NCBI GenBank assembly: GCA_963693365.1
Contig: CAVNZM010000003.1
Location: 6,889,448-6,953,447, forward strand
Source: Amoebidium appalachense
Taxonomy: Eukaryota > Protista > Ichthyosporea
Reading direction: 5' to 3'
DNA length: 64,000 nt
Part shown: in pieces, positions 1 to 21,464 of the stretch
Layout of the letters: every line of letters begins with the position of its first letter
How positions within the stretch are numbered: position 1 is the stretch's first letter
The notes under the pieces: model-generated
The model's database searches: none
Told to the model about the DNA's origin: nothing
The model's input: only the letters and a program-made list of their open reading frames with translations
Program-made: the position numbers and the translations under genes

Positions 1-89
1 CATGCACACCCAGACACCCTCACACAGCGCTCTCCGTTCAAGCACACACGTGTGCTTGTGTGCATATACATACATCACACACACACACA

Positions 90-126
<37 letters not shown>

Positions 127-365
127 GCACACACACACACACACACACAAACACACACGGCCAGTTGTGCATGTAAAGACAGTGCAAATTGCACGCGTGC
201 TTATACCTATGGATATGAAGGGTGTGCCATGGTGTACTTACACATGTCGAATGTGACGGGCATGCCACGGTGTTTTTATACCTGTGGAATGTGGTATTCC
301 ACGATGTTTTTATCCCTGTGGAATGCATGGTATGTGTGCACTCACCCCTCTTGTTTTGACCACAG

Positions 366-401
366 GCGCTGTCGGGGAGATATGAACTGCAACAAGATTA
401 G
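366..401 (+). CDS. Possible terminal exon of a gene starting upstream of the window (ALSGRYELQQD*)
   Basis: ttttgaccacag acceptor with a branch-like TTGAC after a (CA)/(CT) microsatellite region, followed by a short open frame to TAG; no recognisable homology. Confidence 0.2.
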   Translation, partial: ALSGRYELQQD

Positions 402-1362
402 GCACGGAGAGATATGGGTGCCTATTTATTGAATGAATGCTGTGTATGTTTGATATTGTGTGGTGTATGTATGAATGCATGTGTGAGTCTTCCCTTAAAG
501 CTTTGGAATAGTGCCGTATAAATGAATGATGCTAGGCGTGTGTTGTGGCTCTAAGTGCGTTTTAGGTGTTTATAGCTGGCCATCTCACTTGGTAGCACAG
601 GCTATCATAAGATATTTACCAAGAGTGTGTACACGTGTAGGAAAATAATTTCATGTACCGACTCTTCTGCATATCACGTTGTGCGTGCACCGGTGCTTGC
701 AACGGCCATGGGCTAGCAAGGAATCACGATCAATTAATCCACTGTGGCACATTCTTCGTTTTGATATTTGTGTTTGTGTACGTCCCCAGATCTGCTCAGA
801 CAACCCCTTTGGGGGGGGGGCATTGGAGTGGCTATGTGCGCATAGAGATCTCGAATAAAGAATGGCATTGACCACCCAATGGCATGCACAGCAATGTGTA
901 ACATGTTGTGTGGCGGGGGTTTGCACGGTCTATATATATATATATTGCGTGGTGCACACACGTGCAAACATGGTTCGAATTTACAAGACATGCAATGGGG
1001 TGGACCGGGTGGGTGGCCTGTGTGTGAATCCAGCATGCTAACATTAGCACTGTAGTCACGTGATACGGAGCCAAAGCACGTGGCTGTGTGACATGCATGC
1101 AGGTGCACATATTATTTCCGTAACTGCCACCATGCAGTGTGCCACCAGGGCACACATTGGAATCAGAATCTGTGTTGTCTTGCGAAAGAAACGAAAAAAA
1201 GAAAAAAAAAGAAAAAAACACGTGTGGAACATGTGAGCTACCTTGGCAGATTATGTGGGTGTTTTGCCACAACTGTTGGTGGCCTTGTGGAATCATGTGG
1301 CTGGTGTGTCTGCAACTTAACCATATATGGTAGGTGCTGGTGCGAGGGAGGGCTGTGATTGG

Positions 1363-9726
<8,364 letters not shown>

Positions 9727-9756
9727 GGTGGGGGGTTGGTGTGTCTTCTTGCGGCC

Positions 9757-9850
9757 CACGCACACCAGCCTAGCAATCAGGTCACCGTGATACAACACAC
9801 ACGCACACCAGCCTAGCAATCAGGTCACCGTGATACAACACACACGCACA
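9757..9850. repeat. 43-bp perfect tandem duplication just upstream of the MRPL38 ATG
   Basis: CACGCACACCAGCCTAGCAATCAGGTCACCGTGATACAACACA starts at 9757 and again at 9800. Confidence 0.9.
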
Positions 9851-10392
9851 CGCGCACACACGATATGAGTGCATGCGGATGATCATGCATGTTCGCGCTC
9901 TGCTTGTAGTCCTACATGCGATAGTGTGGCGTCATTGTAATTATTCAATTGAGGTACCCATCGGCTGGATGAGAGGAAGCTAGCGTTAGACCATGATTAC
10001 GCAAACACTGGCAGAGCCTGGGCCTCCGCCCGGACCACGCGTGACAGGCTTACAAATTTTTCGTACTGGGTACGGTCACAGTCCTCTTTTTGAGTGCACA
10101 AGGCTTTACTGTGCCACCTGACCCTTTTTTCTATAAAGCGAAAAAATATATGCGATTGGGGCCTATTGAAATACTGCACTAGGAGGGCTACCGGCGAATG
10201 GCTAATAGAATCACCGTACCGATCAGAAGCCCAGACTGAGAGGTTCTGCCAAAGTTTCGGTCCTTCTAACTTTGTACTGCTACTCGGGGTTATAACGATA
10301 GTACACCTATAAGATAAGAAGCACTGGATTTTTTGGAAAAAATGAAGATTGCAAAGGCTACATACCAAGGCTGGGTCCCCCTGCAAGGGACT

Positions 10393-10444
<52 letters not shown>

Positions 10445-10465
10445 AGGGACTTCCCGTATGTACAC

Positions 10466-10523
10466 ATGAAAAAAATTCCGAATTTAGGGTGTCACGAAAA
10501 AAATTCCGAATTTAGGGTGTCAC
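10466..10523. repeat. 28-bp tandem duplication (GAAAAAAATTCCGAATTTAGGGTGTCAC x2)
   Basis: Directly visible. Confidence 0.85.
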
Positions 10524-10675
10524 AGATAATACTTATGGCTTGAAGTTCTGCAAACAACAAACGGAAGCTGTTGCTTCGTTGCCAGGCTAAAATGTGCGTG
10601 TGTACGTGTGTACACCGTGACCTGTCTCACAGGCGGCTAGAGAAGTTCAAAAGATCTAGAGTTGAGAAATATTGT

Positions 10676-10961
10676 GCAATTTTTGCTTGAAGCAGAATTA
10701 TTCTGTTAAAAGCAGCATTATTCTGCAAAAAACAGGATCATTCTGCTTTTAGCAGATATCACTCATTCTACTCGCGGCTGCAGAATGAACTTGCTTCTAG
10801 CAGGGAAAAAAAGCAGAATAATTCTACTGTTTGCAGAAGAATTCCGCTTTTAGCAGAATACTCTGCGGAGTACTGGGTGATTCTGCTTTTAGTATCATAA
10901 TTCAACCTTTTGCAGAATCATTCTGCTTTTTGCAGAATAATTCTGCTTGGAGCAAGTTGGC
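10676..10961. mobile_element. MITE/foldback-like element with ~50-bp imperfect TIRs made of palindromic ~20-bp units (AGCAGAATWATTCTGCTTTT)
   Basis: Left end GCTTGAAGCAGAATTATTCTGTTAAAAGCAGCATTATTCTGCAAAA approximates the reverse complement of the right end TTTTGCAGAATCATTCTGCTTTTTGCAGAATAATTCTGCTTGGAGC; non-coding; no TSD identified. Confidence 0.55.
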
Positions 10962-11510
10962 TCTGCCGATGTGGTTGGGCCCTCAGGTGCGCGCGTCAAG
11001 TTGTATGAACGCATGTGTGTGTGTGTGCACGTGTGTGTGCGCGCGACAGTGTGTGTGGTGTGTGTGTGCACTACTAGTAGGGCAAAAACCAACCACGCCC
11101 AAAAATTGTAAATCAATCGGATCCTCAGGCTGGCAAAAAAAAAAAAAAGTACCATTCAGAACCCACTTTGAAAGCAAGATATAGTTGAAATGTTCACATG
11201 GCATTTCGTCGGGGGAACAAAAAAAAAAAAAAAAAAAAAAAAGGAAAATGCACACTCATGTGCCATTTTGGGCGCTATAAATCAGACACGTTTTCGAGAT
11301 CCAATGGCATGCGTGGCCATGCCCTGAGAATGTGCACTGGCCTACCAGGCTCTGGCCAGTCAAGGCGGCATAGCAACAGGGCCCCATGCCGTGCGCATGC
11401 ACGGCCGCTCGCCGACGTGTATCCCTGCAAACACTTCCCACGGCTCCAAAAAACTTTTTTAGTTCCCTCGGGACAGGCCTAGGGGTTGGAGGGTCACGCC
11501 CCCGGGAGAG

Positions 11511-11543
<33 letters not shown>

Positions 11544-14048
11544 ACCCCCCCCCCCCCCCCCCCCCCCCCCCAAACAACAACAACAAAAAAACTTATAAAA
11601 AAAAACTTGATGATTTAGGTTAGGTAGGGTCTATTATGCCACGGTCTTAAATGCAAATCAGTAGAAATTATCGCTATTTATCCAACTTCAGCTTTCAGTC
11701 ACTTCCTGTAGTAATTGATCATGAATTGGCCTAGGTGGTAGGTAGTCACCACTCAGTTTTTTGACACTGTATTAAGCAATTTGGGGCCACCGAGGCTAAG
11801 GGGGGAAATAGGATAATGACGGAAGGCGGGGAGGCCCGGGGGGGCCGTGGGGTCGGGGGGCTGGGAGTTCGCAGGCTTTTGTGCACAGTTGGGAACTTAC
11901 TTGAAACTTCGAAAATCACGGTGCAGCAGGAAGACTCAGTAGTAGTGCCGCTTCACTAACATGATTTATTTAATTTCTGATTTAAAAAGGTAAGACCAGG
12001 CAACGGCTACCGCGGCCGCATGCAAAACAGAGGTTTAAAACTTAAAGACGGGAACTTAAAAATCTAAAGGTTTCAATTCTGAGGGGTGGAAGCCATACGC
12101 ATGGACTGAGTTGTCCCTGTCCCTCGTCAGGGTTCGAGGCGATTCTAGACGCGGTCCATAGTGCCACGTTATCGCTAAAAAGAAGCCGCAATCAATCACT
12201 AATCAGATACTGTACAGGTATACTATGGCATGGGGGGAAAAAAAGAACAAATGATCGAACGCTAAAATTACAGAAGCCTAGGAGGGGAGGGGGAGCGGGA
12301 GGGAAAGAAAAAGAAGGCTATCATTGCATTAATCCCAAACCAAATTGAATATCAGTGTCCGGCGGTGGATCGATATCAGTTACTCATTCAGTTTTGTATA
12401 TGGAAACATGTCACAATAATTGTGCCATGAGGGCCGCGGGGGTTTAAACAGGGGCGGGACCCGCAATAATTAATGGCAGCTCTAAATAGTATAAACAGTA
12501 GTCTACGGTCCCCGGCCGGGAGCGAAGGCAGCCGCAAGAGCTAAGGATATGGGCATTTTGTATCCCGGAGTACGGTATTTCAGTGTCTCACGATGCTTGC
12601 CATGGCCACCCATCTAACTCGAAGCCCCGCCGTGCTGCTCAGTCTGACTCTCTGGGTCGCTGCAGGCATCTTGCAGTTCTGGTATTGTGGTTGTAATGCT
12701 TGCTCGGCGCACCTTACTGACACCAAGCCTCAGCAACAACTGGGCCTCCTCGGCATGGAAGTATGCGGGTCGCGTGGAATCGGGGCTACTCCTTCGTCTC
12801 TTCTCCTCGCTCCAACCCACACTCTCGCTCAGTAGTGCAATCGAAAGGGCCGGTGGAGCACTGTGGCGTCGATTGCGAGTGGGCTGGCCCTGTGGGTGTG
12901 TGTGTGTGGTACTGCCGTGACGGGCATCACATGCACGTGGGGGGGTTGTGGGGGTGGGGGTGGTCGCACACGAACTGCTGCTAATGCTGCTGCTGCTCTC
13001 GTTGTGGCCTTGGGCGTCAATTTGAACAGAAAATGCGCTCCCTGAGCTGTCGCATGCAGGAATGGCCATGGGCTCTGTCAATGGAAGGCCAGTGTCCAGA
13101 GGGTCGGAACTTGGGACAGTCCGAGGGTATGATCCGGAGTTGCCTTCAAGTTGCACGAGGATGCCAGCCATGATGGTCTTGGTTGGGGGGGCTTCAAGCA
13201 ATTATGCTCAGTATGTTGAGGCTGAGTTTGTATGTGGTACGGTGCCACCGCGGCTGCAATATAGTCTCGAGCTGCTGGTTTACTACGATGGTGAAGTGCT
13301 CGCCACTGAACTTGCCAAGTTGTTGGTGCGGATTCCTGGATGCTGGATCCTGGACGAACAAAAGGTACATACTCGATCGAACTCAGTCTGAAGAACTTGC
13401 AATGTTTTCTGTTTTATTTTTTGGAAAGTGGTGAGAAGCTTCGCCTTTACGAATTTGACTCGGTGCACGGTGGGTACGGACGATAACGCTGTCGAGTCCG
13501 CCCTCGCAGCTGCAGGGTTGCTAACTGGGTATTGTGATAAACTTTGAGAGAGTGTTCGATGCATTTGCACACTGATTTTGCAAGTGGCCTAGGTTATAAT
13601 GTGGGAGAACAGTCAGGCCATTCACTATTTGTACAAAGCGACACCGTGGCACACACGGACACGCACAACCTTGTAATCTCAAAGTTGCAGTGACGTCATC
13701 GCATTCCTCGTGCCATTCCAAAGTTAACGGTCGCAGCTGCAGCCTCACCGTACTTCACCACACCAACATAGGCCTACAAGTCTTCAGCTGTGCACTGTGA
13801 CAAGGCAGGAGGCACCAGAAACCGGTACCTCTCCCAAGTATACATATACGCCAACCATATTGCATCATGGTTGTGCTAAAATACTTTTGTGCCATCACGT
13901 GCTGTAGAATCAAGGCCAGTATGTACCGTATCCATGGCATGTTCATGATCGGGCAAAAAAAGCTTCTGATACAGTTTGAAAGAAAGAATGCGATAGCAAC
14001 GAGGTGATTGGTGGTTCAATGGTGGTCCGACCTTAGTGTAATATGCTA

Positions 14049-14095
14049 CTAGCCTGTATACGGCCCCGCCCTCGCGGGCGGGCCTTATACACTAG
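14049..14095 (-). mobile_element. Helitron-like 3' terminus (GC-rich hairpin, 9 nt, CTAG, then T)
   Basis: Minus strand reads GGCCCGCCC-GCGA-GGGCGGGGCC GTATACAGG CTAG|T, the canonical hairpin plus CTRR arrangement; 5' end not located. Confidence 0.45.
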
Positions 14096-14677
14096 ATCAT
14101 TGCAGCAATAAAAGAAGCCTTGAAGAAGAAAGGAAAAGAAAAGAAATGAGAGAAAAAAAGCAACGAAAAAAAGAGCGGATATGGAAAAAGACTGGAATGA
14201 AAACCAAAAAACGTAGTGCACAGGGCATTGCAAATATGGGGCAGCGACCCCATCAATATATATAGCGCACGGACTGTCCTTATCCACGGCAGGCGGTACA
14301 CCTTACATTTACGGTAGGCCTTTTCAGGTGGGGAGCTGTTGCGGATTCGGAGAGGCGGAGACACAATCGAGATAACCCGCAGTGCTAAGCTATGAACAAA
14401 AGGTGTCGTTGGGATAACTTAAGGATAAACAAACTGTCTTGATTGGTAGTTGTATTGTTGGATAGCTTTACACGCTTGCGGGTGGGTTGACCTGAAATTG
14501 CAAACACATCCAGGAATGCTTTCTACGGTACTATAGAGACTCTTGATATTAAAGAGGTTGTGCCAGTTTCGCGTTATGTATCAAGATGTAAATTTGACCG
14601 CATTTTGTTATGCGATATAACTATTATAATTTGTTTTTTATTTTATTTTTTTTCTATAAATATTCAAAGAATATCAA

Positions 14678-15380
14678 AAAAATGTTTACTTAATACTTTT
14701 GATTTTTTAGTACTTGCGTGAACATGCTATTGGATTTTCTTTATTTTCAACGTCACTTGAAAATACCGGACATCGAATCTTGATACGGGATCCCTTATTT
14801 CAAATATCTTGCCGACGTTGATGTTATGGAGGATAAGGCCGCTTTGGCTTGGTCTATCAAAATCCTAATTAAGGCGCAACAATGTCTTCTAAAGAAATCA
14901 TGCTAACTTTTTTAGTTTTTTTTCACTTATAACGATCACAAAAGTTCAAGAAACTGCGTATAGCTCTGTAAATGCGCAGACATCAAGATGAGCTCTCTTT
15001 ATTTTCAAAATGTTTACTTGATACATATCATTTTATATATTTGCGTGAACATGCAATCGAGTTCTCGTTATTGTAAACGTCACTTGAAAAGACCGGACAC
15101 AAAATCTTGATAGCGGATCCGTTATTTAAAATATCATGCCGTCGTTGATGTTATGGAGGATTAGGCCGCTTGCTCTTAAATTACTTAATGTATCAAAATC
15201 CAAAAATAACGCGCAACAGTGTTATCCAAACAAAACATATTGAAGAATTTGTTTTTTTACTTATGCCGATCACAAAAGTCCGTGAAACTGCCAATAGCTC
15301 CGTAAATGCGCGGACATCAAATTGGGCTCTCTTTATTTTCAACATCCACTTGAAGATAACGGAGAAGTAATCTTGGTAGT
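14678..15380. repeat. AT-rich diverged tandem duplication, period ~328 bp (2 copies plus a partial sub-repeat)
   Basis: AATGTTTACT at 14681 and 15009; shared blocks TTGCGTGAACATGC, AACGTCACTTGAAAA, CGTTGATGTTATGGAGGAT, GATCACAAAAGT, GTAAATGCGC. Confidence 0.85.
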
Positions 15381-16218
15381 GGATTACATTCTTGTCTTTT
15401 AAAGCTTTTAAAGCATTGTACCTGGAACGATTGCATAGTTGGTCTTTATCTAATCATCTTTTTATGATCCAGTGGGTGCTCCGCACGCTCATGATCGATC
15501 GTACGTGGATTTCGAACCCACCCTGTCGATATCACTGAATTCCTCGAATATCTCCGAGGATAAAATGAATGCCTGCAGCCTGAATAGCCAATAGCCAATC
15601 ACTAAGCCTACAGTAAGTGGCGGCCATATGCGCATGCAACGCCGTGACTGACGGCCTGCGGCCGTGATCATATCACGGCATTGCCAACTCTCAGAGTCAG
15701 GTTGCCGTACTTATATTAATAATGTATGCAACGACGCTATTAAAATATATTCCTGTGGTAACTAGCCACAATTTATCTATAAACCACCCTACTATCTTAT
15801 ACAGCAACTTCACTGCGGCAGCGACTCAAGTCGGTGTGTGACATTCCTATCGAATTCCGAACCTTGTCGCGATCCGAGTCCCGCGTCACGTACATGCCAC
15901 GTGGCTGCCAGCAAGTTGTACGTGCCCTCTGAGATGCCCTCACCGAAAGGGCTATCATTTCGTGAGTGCTATTATTCAACCCACACTCATGTGTGATGTG
16001 GGGCACCCCCTGTCTGCCTGACCCCGATTGATATGTGTGTGCATCATTTGCAATTTATCATCTCAAATGATGAATGCCGGTTACTGCCGCGGTCCGCGGG
16101 CCGCCGGCCCGTATGTACCACTGAGTAGTAGCTGTCACAGCGGCTGCCACCGGAGTTCGTCACACTGTCCGCCACTGTACGTGTGGGTGCGCGCATGCGT
16201 GTGTGTGTGCGTGCGTGT

Positions 16219-16255
<37 letters not shown>

Positions 16256-16333
16256 TGTGTGTGTGTGTGCGTGTGTGTGTGTGTGTGTACATGCATATGT
16301 GTTTGTGTGCGTGTGTCTGTGTGTGTGTGTGCG

Positions 16334-16392
<59 letters not shown>

Positions 16393-16544
16393 GTGTGCGT
16401 GTGTGTGCGTGTGCGTGTGCGTGAGTGCGTGAATGGACGATGTCACAGTGCTGTGGTCAGCACAAGCAAAATCAATCATGATTCTGAGGTATACGTATGT
16501 GGGTAGAAAAACAACACAAATCATTAAATGTGAAGTTACTTAGG

Positions 16545-17001
16545 GATTTTTGAATTTAAGAAATGGGGATGGGGGGAGTAGTAAATATTGACGTCCCCCC
16601 TGGTGGTATCCCCCCCCCCTCCCTGGGGCCCGGGGTGGGTGCCCCCCCCCCCCCCCCCCCTCCCCCCTTCCTAAGGTAGCGGCAGGTGGTGGGTAGTAGG
16701 GTGGTGGGTCCCCCCCCGGTCCCCCCCGCTTGCGCGTGATCCGGGTACTGGAAGAGTCTCTTTTCCACCCACTACAAAGGAGTATTCGTTATTTGTTTTC
16801 CTTTTATTTCTTCTGAGCACATGCCTCCTTTTTGGCCACTGACGCATATCCCTCTAACCCCCCCCTCCCCCCAAACACCCACACGCGCGATCGCGCGTAC
16901 CATACACACACACACACACACACACGCACGCACACGCACACGCACGTGACTGCACACGTGTTTTCCCGTACACGCGGCGTGCGTGCGCGCACACACACAT
17001 A

Positions 17002-17098
<97 letters not shown>

Positions 17099-19247
17099 CA
17101 CACACTTTCCACCCGTTCGTGCCCGGGGTGGGGGGGGGGGGGGGGGGGGGGGGGGGGTTGGGGGGGTGGGGGGGGCGGGGAGGGGGGAGAGGAGTATGGC
17201 CGTACGGCATATAGCCTGAGTTTCAGGTGATCAAGGAATCCTATTGGTTAGCCCCAATGTTTACGTTTTGGCATTCAAGTTGTATGTAAACCGATGCGGA
17301 TAATCATTATTCAATGTGATCAGGTTATCTGATAGTATAGTGTGATCACATATGATGGCAGCCTATATGGGGTGGGTTGCATGGCCATGGATTCCCCCCT
17401 CCCCCCCCCCTCCCCTTATGGCAGCCTATATGGGGTGGGTGGGTTCCCCCCCCTCCCCCCCCCTCCCCCCCCCTCCCCCCTCCCCCTGCTAGCCGGAGGG
17501 GTAGGTGGGTCCCCCCCAACCCCCTCCCCCCAAAAGTTGCTACTACCCACCACCCCGTTTCAAAATCAAGAACTCCTTAAACCTACTACAGGCCCCTCCG
17601 CAGCGCTCAGCACTGAATCGCTGAAACAGGCTTTTTAAAAACTGTTAGATGAATAGTTATAATGACGTTTTTTTCGGGGGGTGTGTGTGCGTGTGCGTGT
17701 GCGTGTGTGTGTGCGAATTCAGTTATTCAAGGGGGGGGGGGGGGGGGGGGGGGGGGGGGAGCTCCGCTGGCTGGGGAAAAAGGGGGGTACGGGTAGGGTG
17801 AGGGGGGATGGGGGAGATGGCGGGGGGGTGGGGGGGTGAGGGAGGGGGGGCATCACAACCCAAGAGGGACTCACCGAAAAAATGGCTAACCATTAGTATG
17901 TACATATCCAACTTTGACGTCAACGTGAAAACATGGCTCGTCTGGCGCCTTTAAAAGAGTATCATATCACTAGACCATTAAAGTCATAATAACCAAGATT
18001 TTTTTAGGCCCGGCCCAGACGACCTGTATATGAATACAGTGTCAGTTTAATAAGTCTAGCTAGTCTAGCATGTCACTTAGTCTAGCCCCCCCCCCCCCCC
18101 TGTTGGAGTGCAGACTTACGCTCACTCCACTATATGTGTATGTTAGCTTTACAATTGGTTCCGTGTACATAGACACATGCTGACACTCGATCACCACATG
18201 CACATCTGCATAGTTGAGGAATGTTGCCAATTGTGTTTTGACTGCAAACGATTGGTTCACTGGTCCCAGAGATATCTAAATGAAAGTAACCAATCCGATT
18301 AGCGCCTGGCATCCGGATTACATTCCAGACTGCTGCCCCACGGGTATATAAGCCACGTCTCTGCCAGGTGCAGACATGGAGTTCAGTCATGGAGTAAAGA
18401 CATGGAGTTCAGTCATGGAGTTCAGTAATGGAGTTCAGTCATGGAGTTAACACACTGAAAGCAGTAAAAAACGGGTCAGCGCCCAAGCGCGCCACGACGA
18501 GGGCCTAGTCACAGCGGACTCTACTTCCAACACCCCCCCCTCCCCATGGCACCCCCACCTCCCCCCCCCCTTCCCCCCAAAACACTGACCCTTGATTCAG
18601 TGGCCCGGGGGTTCTCCCCTCTCTATGCGGCCCACTCGTACAGAGAGCACAGTTACTTGTTGCGGACTCGCTTGACTGAGGTCCGAATTCTTCTTGAATT
18701 TGAAGACGGGAAAAGGAGGGGGGGGGAGGGGGGAGGGGAGGGGGGGGAGTAGTATTTATCGACGTCCGCCCTGGCACCTGGTGGTACCCCCTTCCCCCCC
18801 TCGGAGCCGGGGGGCCAGGGAGCTGGGGGGGGAGGACCCTCCTCCTCCGAGTCCGTCCTCTTTCGACATCCTGAGGCTAAAACTTTCAGGTTTTGCACAG
18901 TTCCTCTTATTAAATTAAAGAGTAAGGGATTTTCAGCTATTTATGATTTTACATGCTTCGTTTAGAGCATCAGAAAAATTTCCTAAAACCAAAATCTTAA
19001 ACTCATCCTAAAACTATTTTCTCCACTCCCCCCCCCCCCCATCCCCCCTCCCTCCCCTCCCCCCTAAGTTACCCCCCCGCCGCCCACGTGTACCCACCCA
19101 CCCAAGTGTGCGTGCCACATGCCATCAACTTTCTTTCATCCCCCAAAGGTTGTATTCGTTACGATCAACTATCACTAAGCTACGAGTAAAACTGTTATTA
19201 GGGGCACGATTTATTGTGTTTGCCGTCCAGTGCTCTTGTTTGTGTGT

Positions 19248-19292
<45 letters not shown>

Positions 19293-20050
19293 GCGAGAGG
19301 CGGGGGGTATGTGTGGCGGTGTGGGTCACTGAGTGTATCTGCATGTTCATGTCTGGCTGCGCATGGCTCAGGTGCGCCTCGTGTGTGTGTGTGTGTGTGT
19401 GGGATACGACTGTGGAGGTGCTCGTGAAATGGATAGTACACGGCGTCAGAGGAAAGTGAAGTGACTGTGTGTGCACTTGCGCTCGGCCCGGGTGGGATTA
19501 AGATTGGAGACGATTCTCACCCAGGCCGCAAAGCTTTGGGAGTGAGGTAGGGGGAGGATGGGGTGAGGGTGGGTGGGGAGCTCGAGAATGACCGTACCAC
19601 GTACGGTGTGCCGAGTTTCAGGTGACCAGGGAACGAGTCTCCTTCTATTAGTAGTCAATGTTTAGGGCTCCTTTGGGACTGTATCATATATAAACCGCTG
19701 CATAAACCGCTGCTGAATAATAGTACTATTATATGATCAGGTTATCTGACATATGTTGATTCCAGCCTGTACCTCCCCTCCCCTCCCCTCCCCCCTTCCC
19801 CTCTGCTAGCCGGAGGAGTCACCGTGGGCTGGCCTCCCCACCCCCACTCCGGAAGGGGGAGAGGGGGGGGGGGGGGGGGGGGAGGGGGAGCGGGGAAGGG
19901 GGGGAGGAGGGGGGAGGGGGGACCCACCTGTCCAAATTTGAAGGTCACCGGGGGGGGGGGGGGGGGGGGGGGATGGCAATTGCAGACAATTACCATTGCA
20001 TTAACCCCGTCCTCGTCTTAAAATCAAGAATCCCTAAAGCATCGCTGGTG
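16545..20050. repeat. Cluster of at least 4 diverged fragments of one dispersed repeat family in alternating orientation
   Basis: Collinear anchors TGATCAGGTTATCTGA (17317, 19734), CTGCTAGCCGGAGG (17486, 19803) and AAAATCAAGAA (17562, 20020); inverted copies near 16545-16610 and 18685-18790 share TTGAATTT..GGGGAGTAGTA..GACGTCC..TGGTGGTA. Confidence 0.6.
18372..18448. repeat. 13-bp minisatellite (CATGGAGTTCAGT)n
   Basis: Directly visible, about 5-6 imperfect units. Confidence 0.85.
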
Positions 20051-20084
20051 CTCCAAGTAACACCCCCCTCCCTCCCCCCCTTCC

Positions 20085-20122
<38 letters not shown>

Positions 20123-20807
20123 GTCTCCCCCCCTGCCACGGGCCGCGGCTTGTTTTTCCCACACAACTTCCCTCAACCCCTTTTCAACGGCAAGTGCACA
20201 TACACGTGCATTTCTTTTTAAGGTTGGCCACGATGCACTCAAGCAAATATATTCATAGCGTACTGGAACCACCACTACACGTTGGAATCAGCAAGCCGAC
20301 ACCGACTCCTTCCTGGCACACCTCGCCCTTACACACGCACACTGACGCGCGCGCGCACACACACACTGCCGCGCACACGCGCAGGCACACGCACACTCAC
20401 ACACACATACACGCGTGGCACCGCATGCACAGCGAATCGGAACACACACACACACACACCCACACGCGCGCGCGCACGCACACACACAAACACACACAGT
20501 CATTTACCACATTCAGTGTTTTGATTTAGACATGTATGACGTACACACAATTGAATTTCAAACAGCCGTCGCCAGGAGAAAAACGAAACCGCAGCTCGTG
20601 CACGCAGGCACGAACACACTGAAACATGCACGCATGCACATACTGCACACTGGCACGCGCGCACACACACACATACACAAATGGGCACCGTGCTCACAGA
20701 CTGCCAGTGTATTTAACCGTAGTGGCTCAAACGTAAATAAAGTTAATTATGCAAGCGCCTACACCGTAGAATATGTTCTCCCTCTTTGACTCTCTTACTC
20801 CCCGTAT

Positions 20808-20844
<37 letters not shown>

Positions 20845-21153
20845 TTTCCTTCCTTGCCCCCCCCAACCCTCCACCCAATCTCTATGGCACAAACAATGAA
20901 TGCACTGTGCACCACCAACAACAGAAACCTTACACATGTACACACCGTTGACTGTGATCATCATCAAGTTACACACACCGGCCGTGGCACATGTCACGGA
21001 AATGGCATGCATCAGTGCACGTCTGTGCCAGGGTGCCTACTAAGAAGACTTTCAATCGCTGACATACACAGTGTCACCCGCACACACACACAGGCACACA
21101 CACACACAAACACACACACACACACACGACACACACACACGACACACACACAC

Positions 21154-21212
<59 letters not shown>

Positions 21213-21362
21213 GCGCGCACACACACACGCACACACACGAACACACCAATACACGCGACAAACGCGCACACCCGGGCCCACCCACCCACCGCAAACACAC
21301 ACACACACACGACACACATTCACACACACACACGCGCACACACACGCACACACACGCACACA

Positions 21363-21464
<102 letters not shown>

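Noticed and set aside
1321-1330. CArG boxes CCATATATGG (also at 54511)
   Set aside because: Both lie downstream of stop codons rather than in promoters, and are plausible by chance.
15500-15530. B-box-like GGGTTCGAAATCC on the minus strand
   Set aside because: No A box or cloverleaf nearby.
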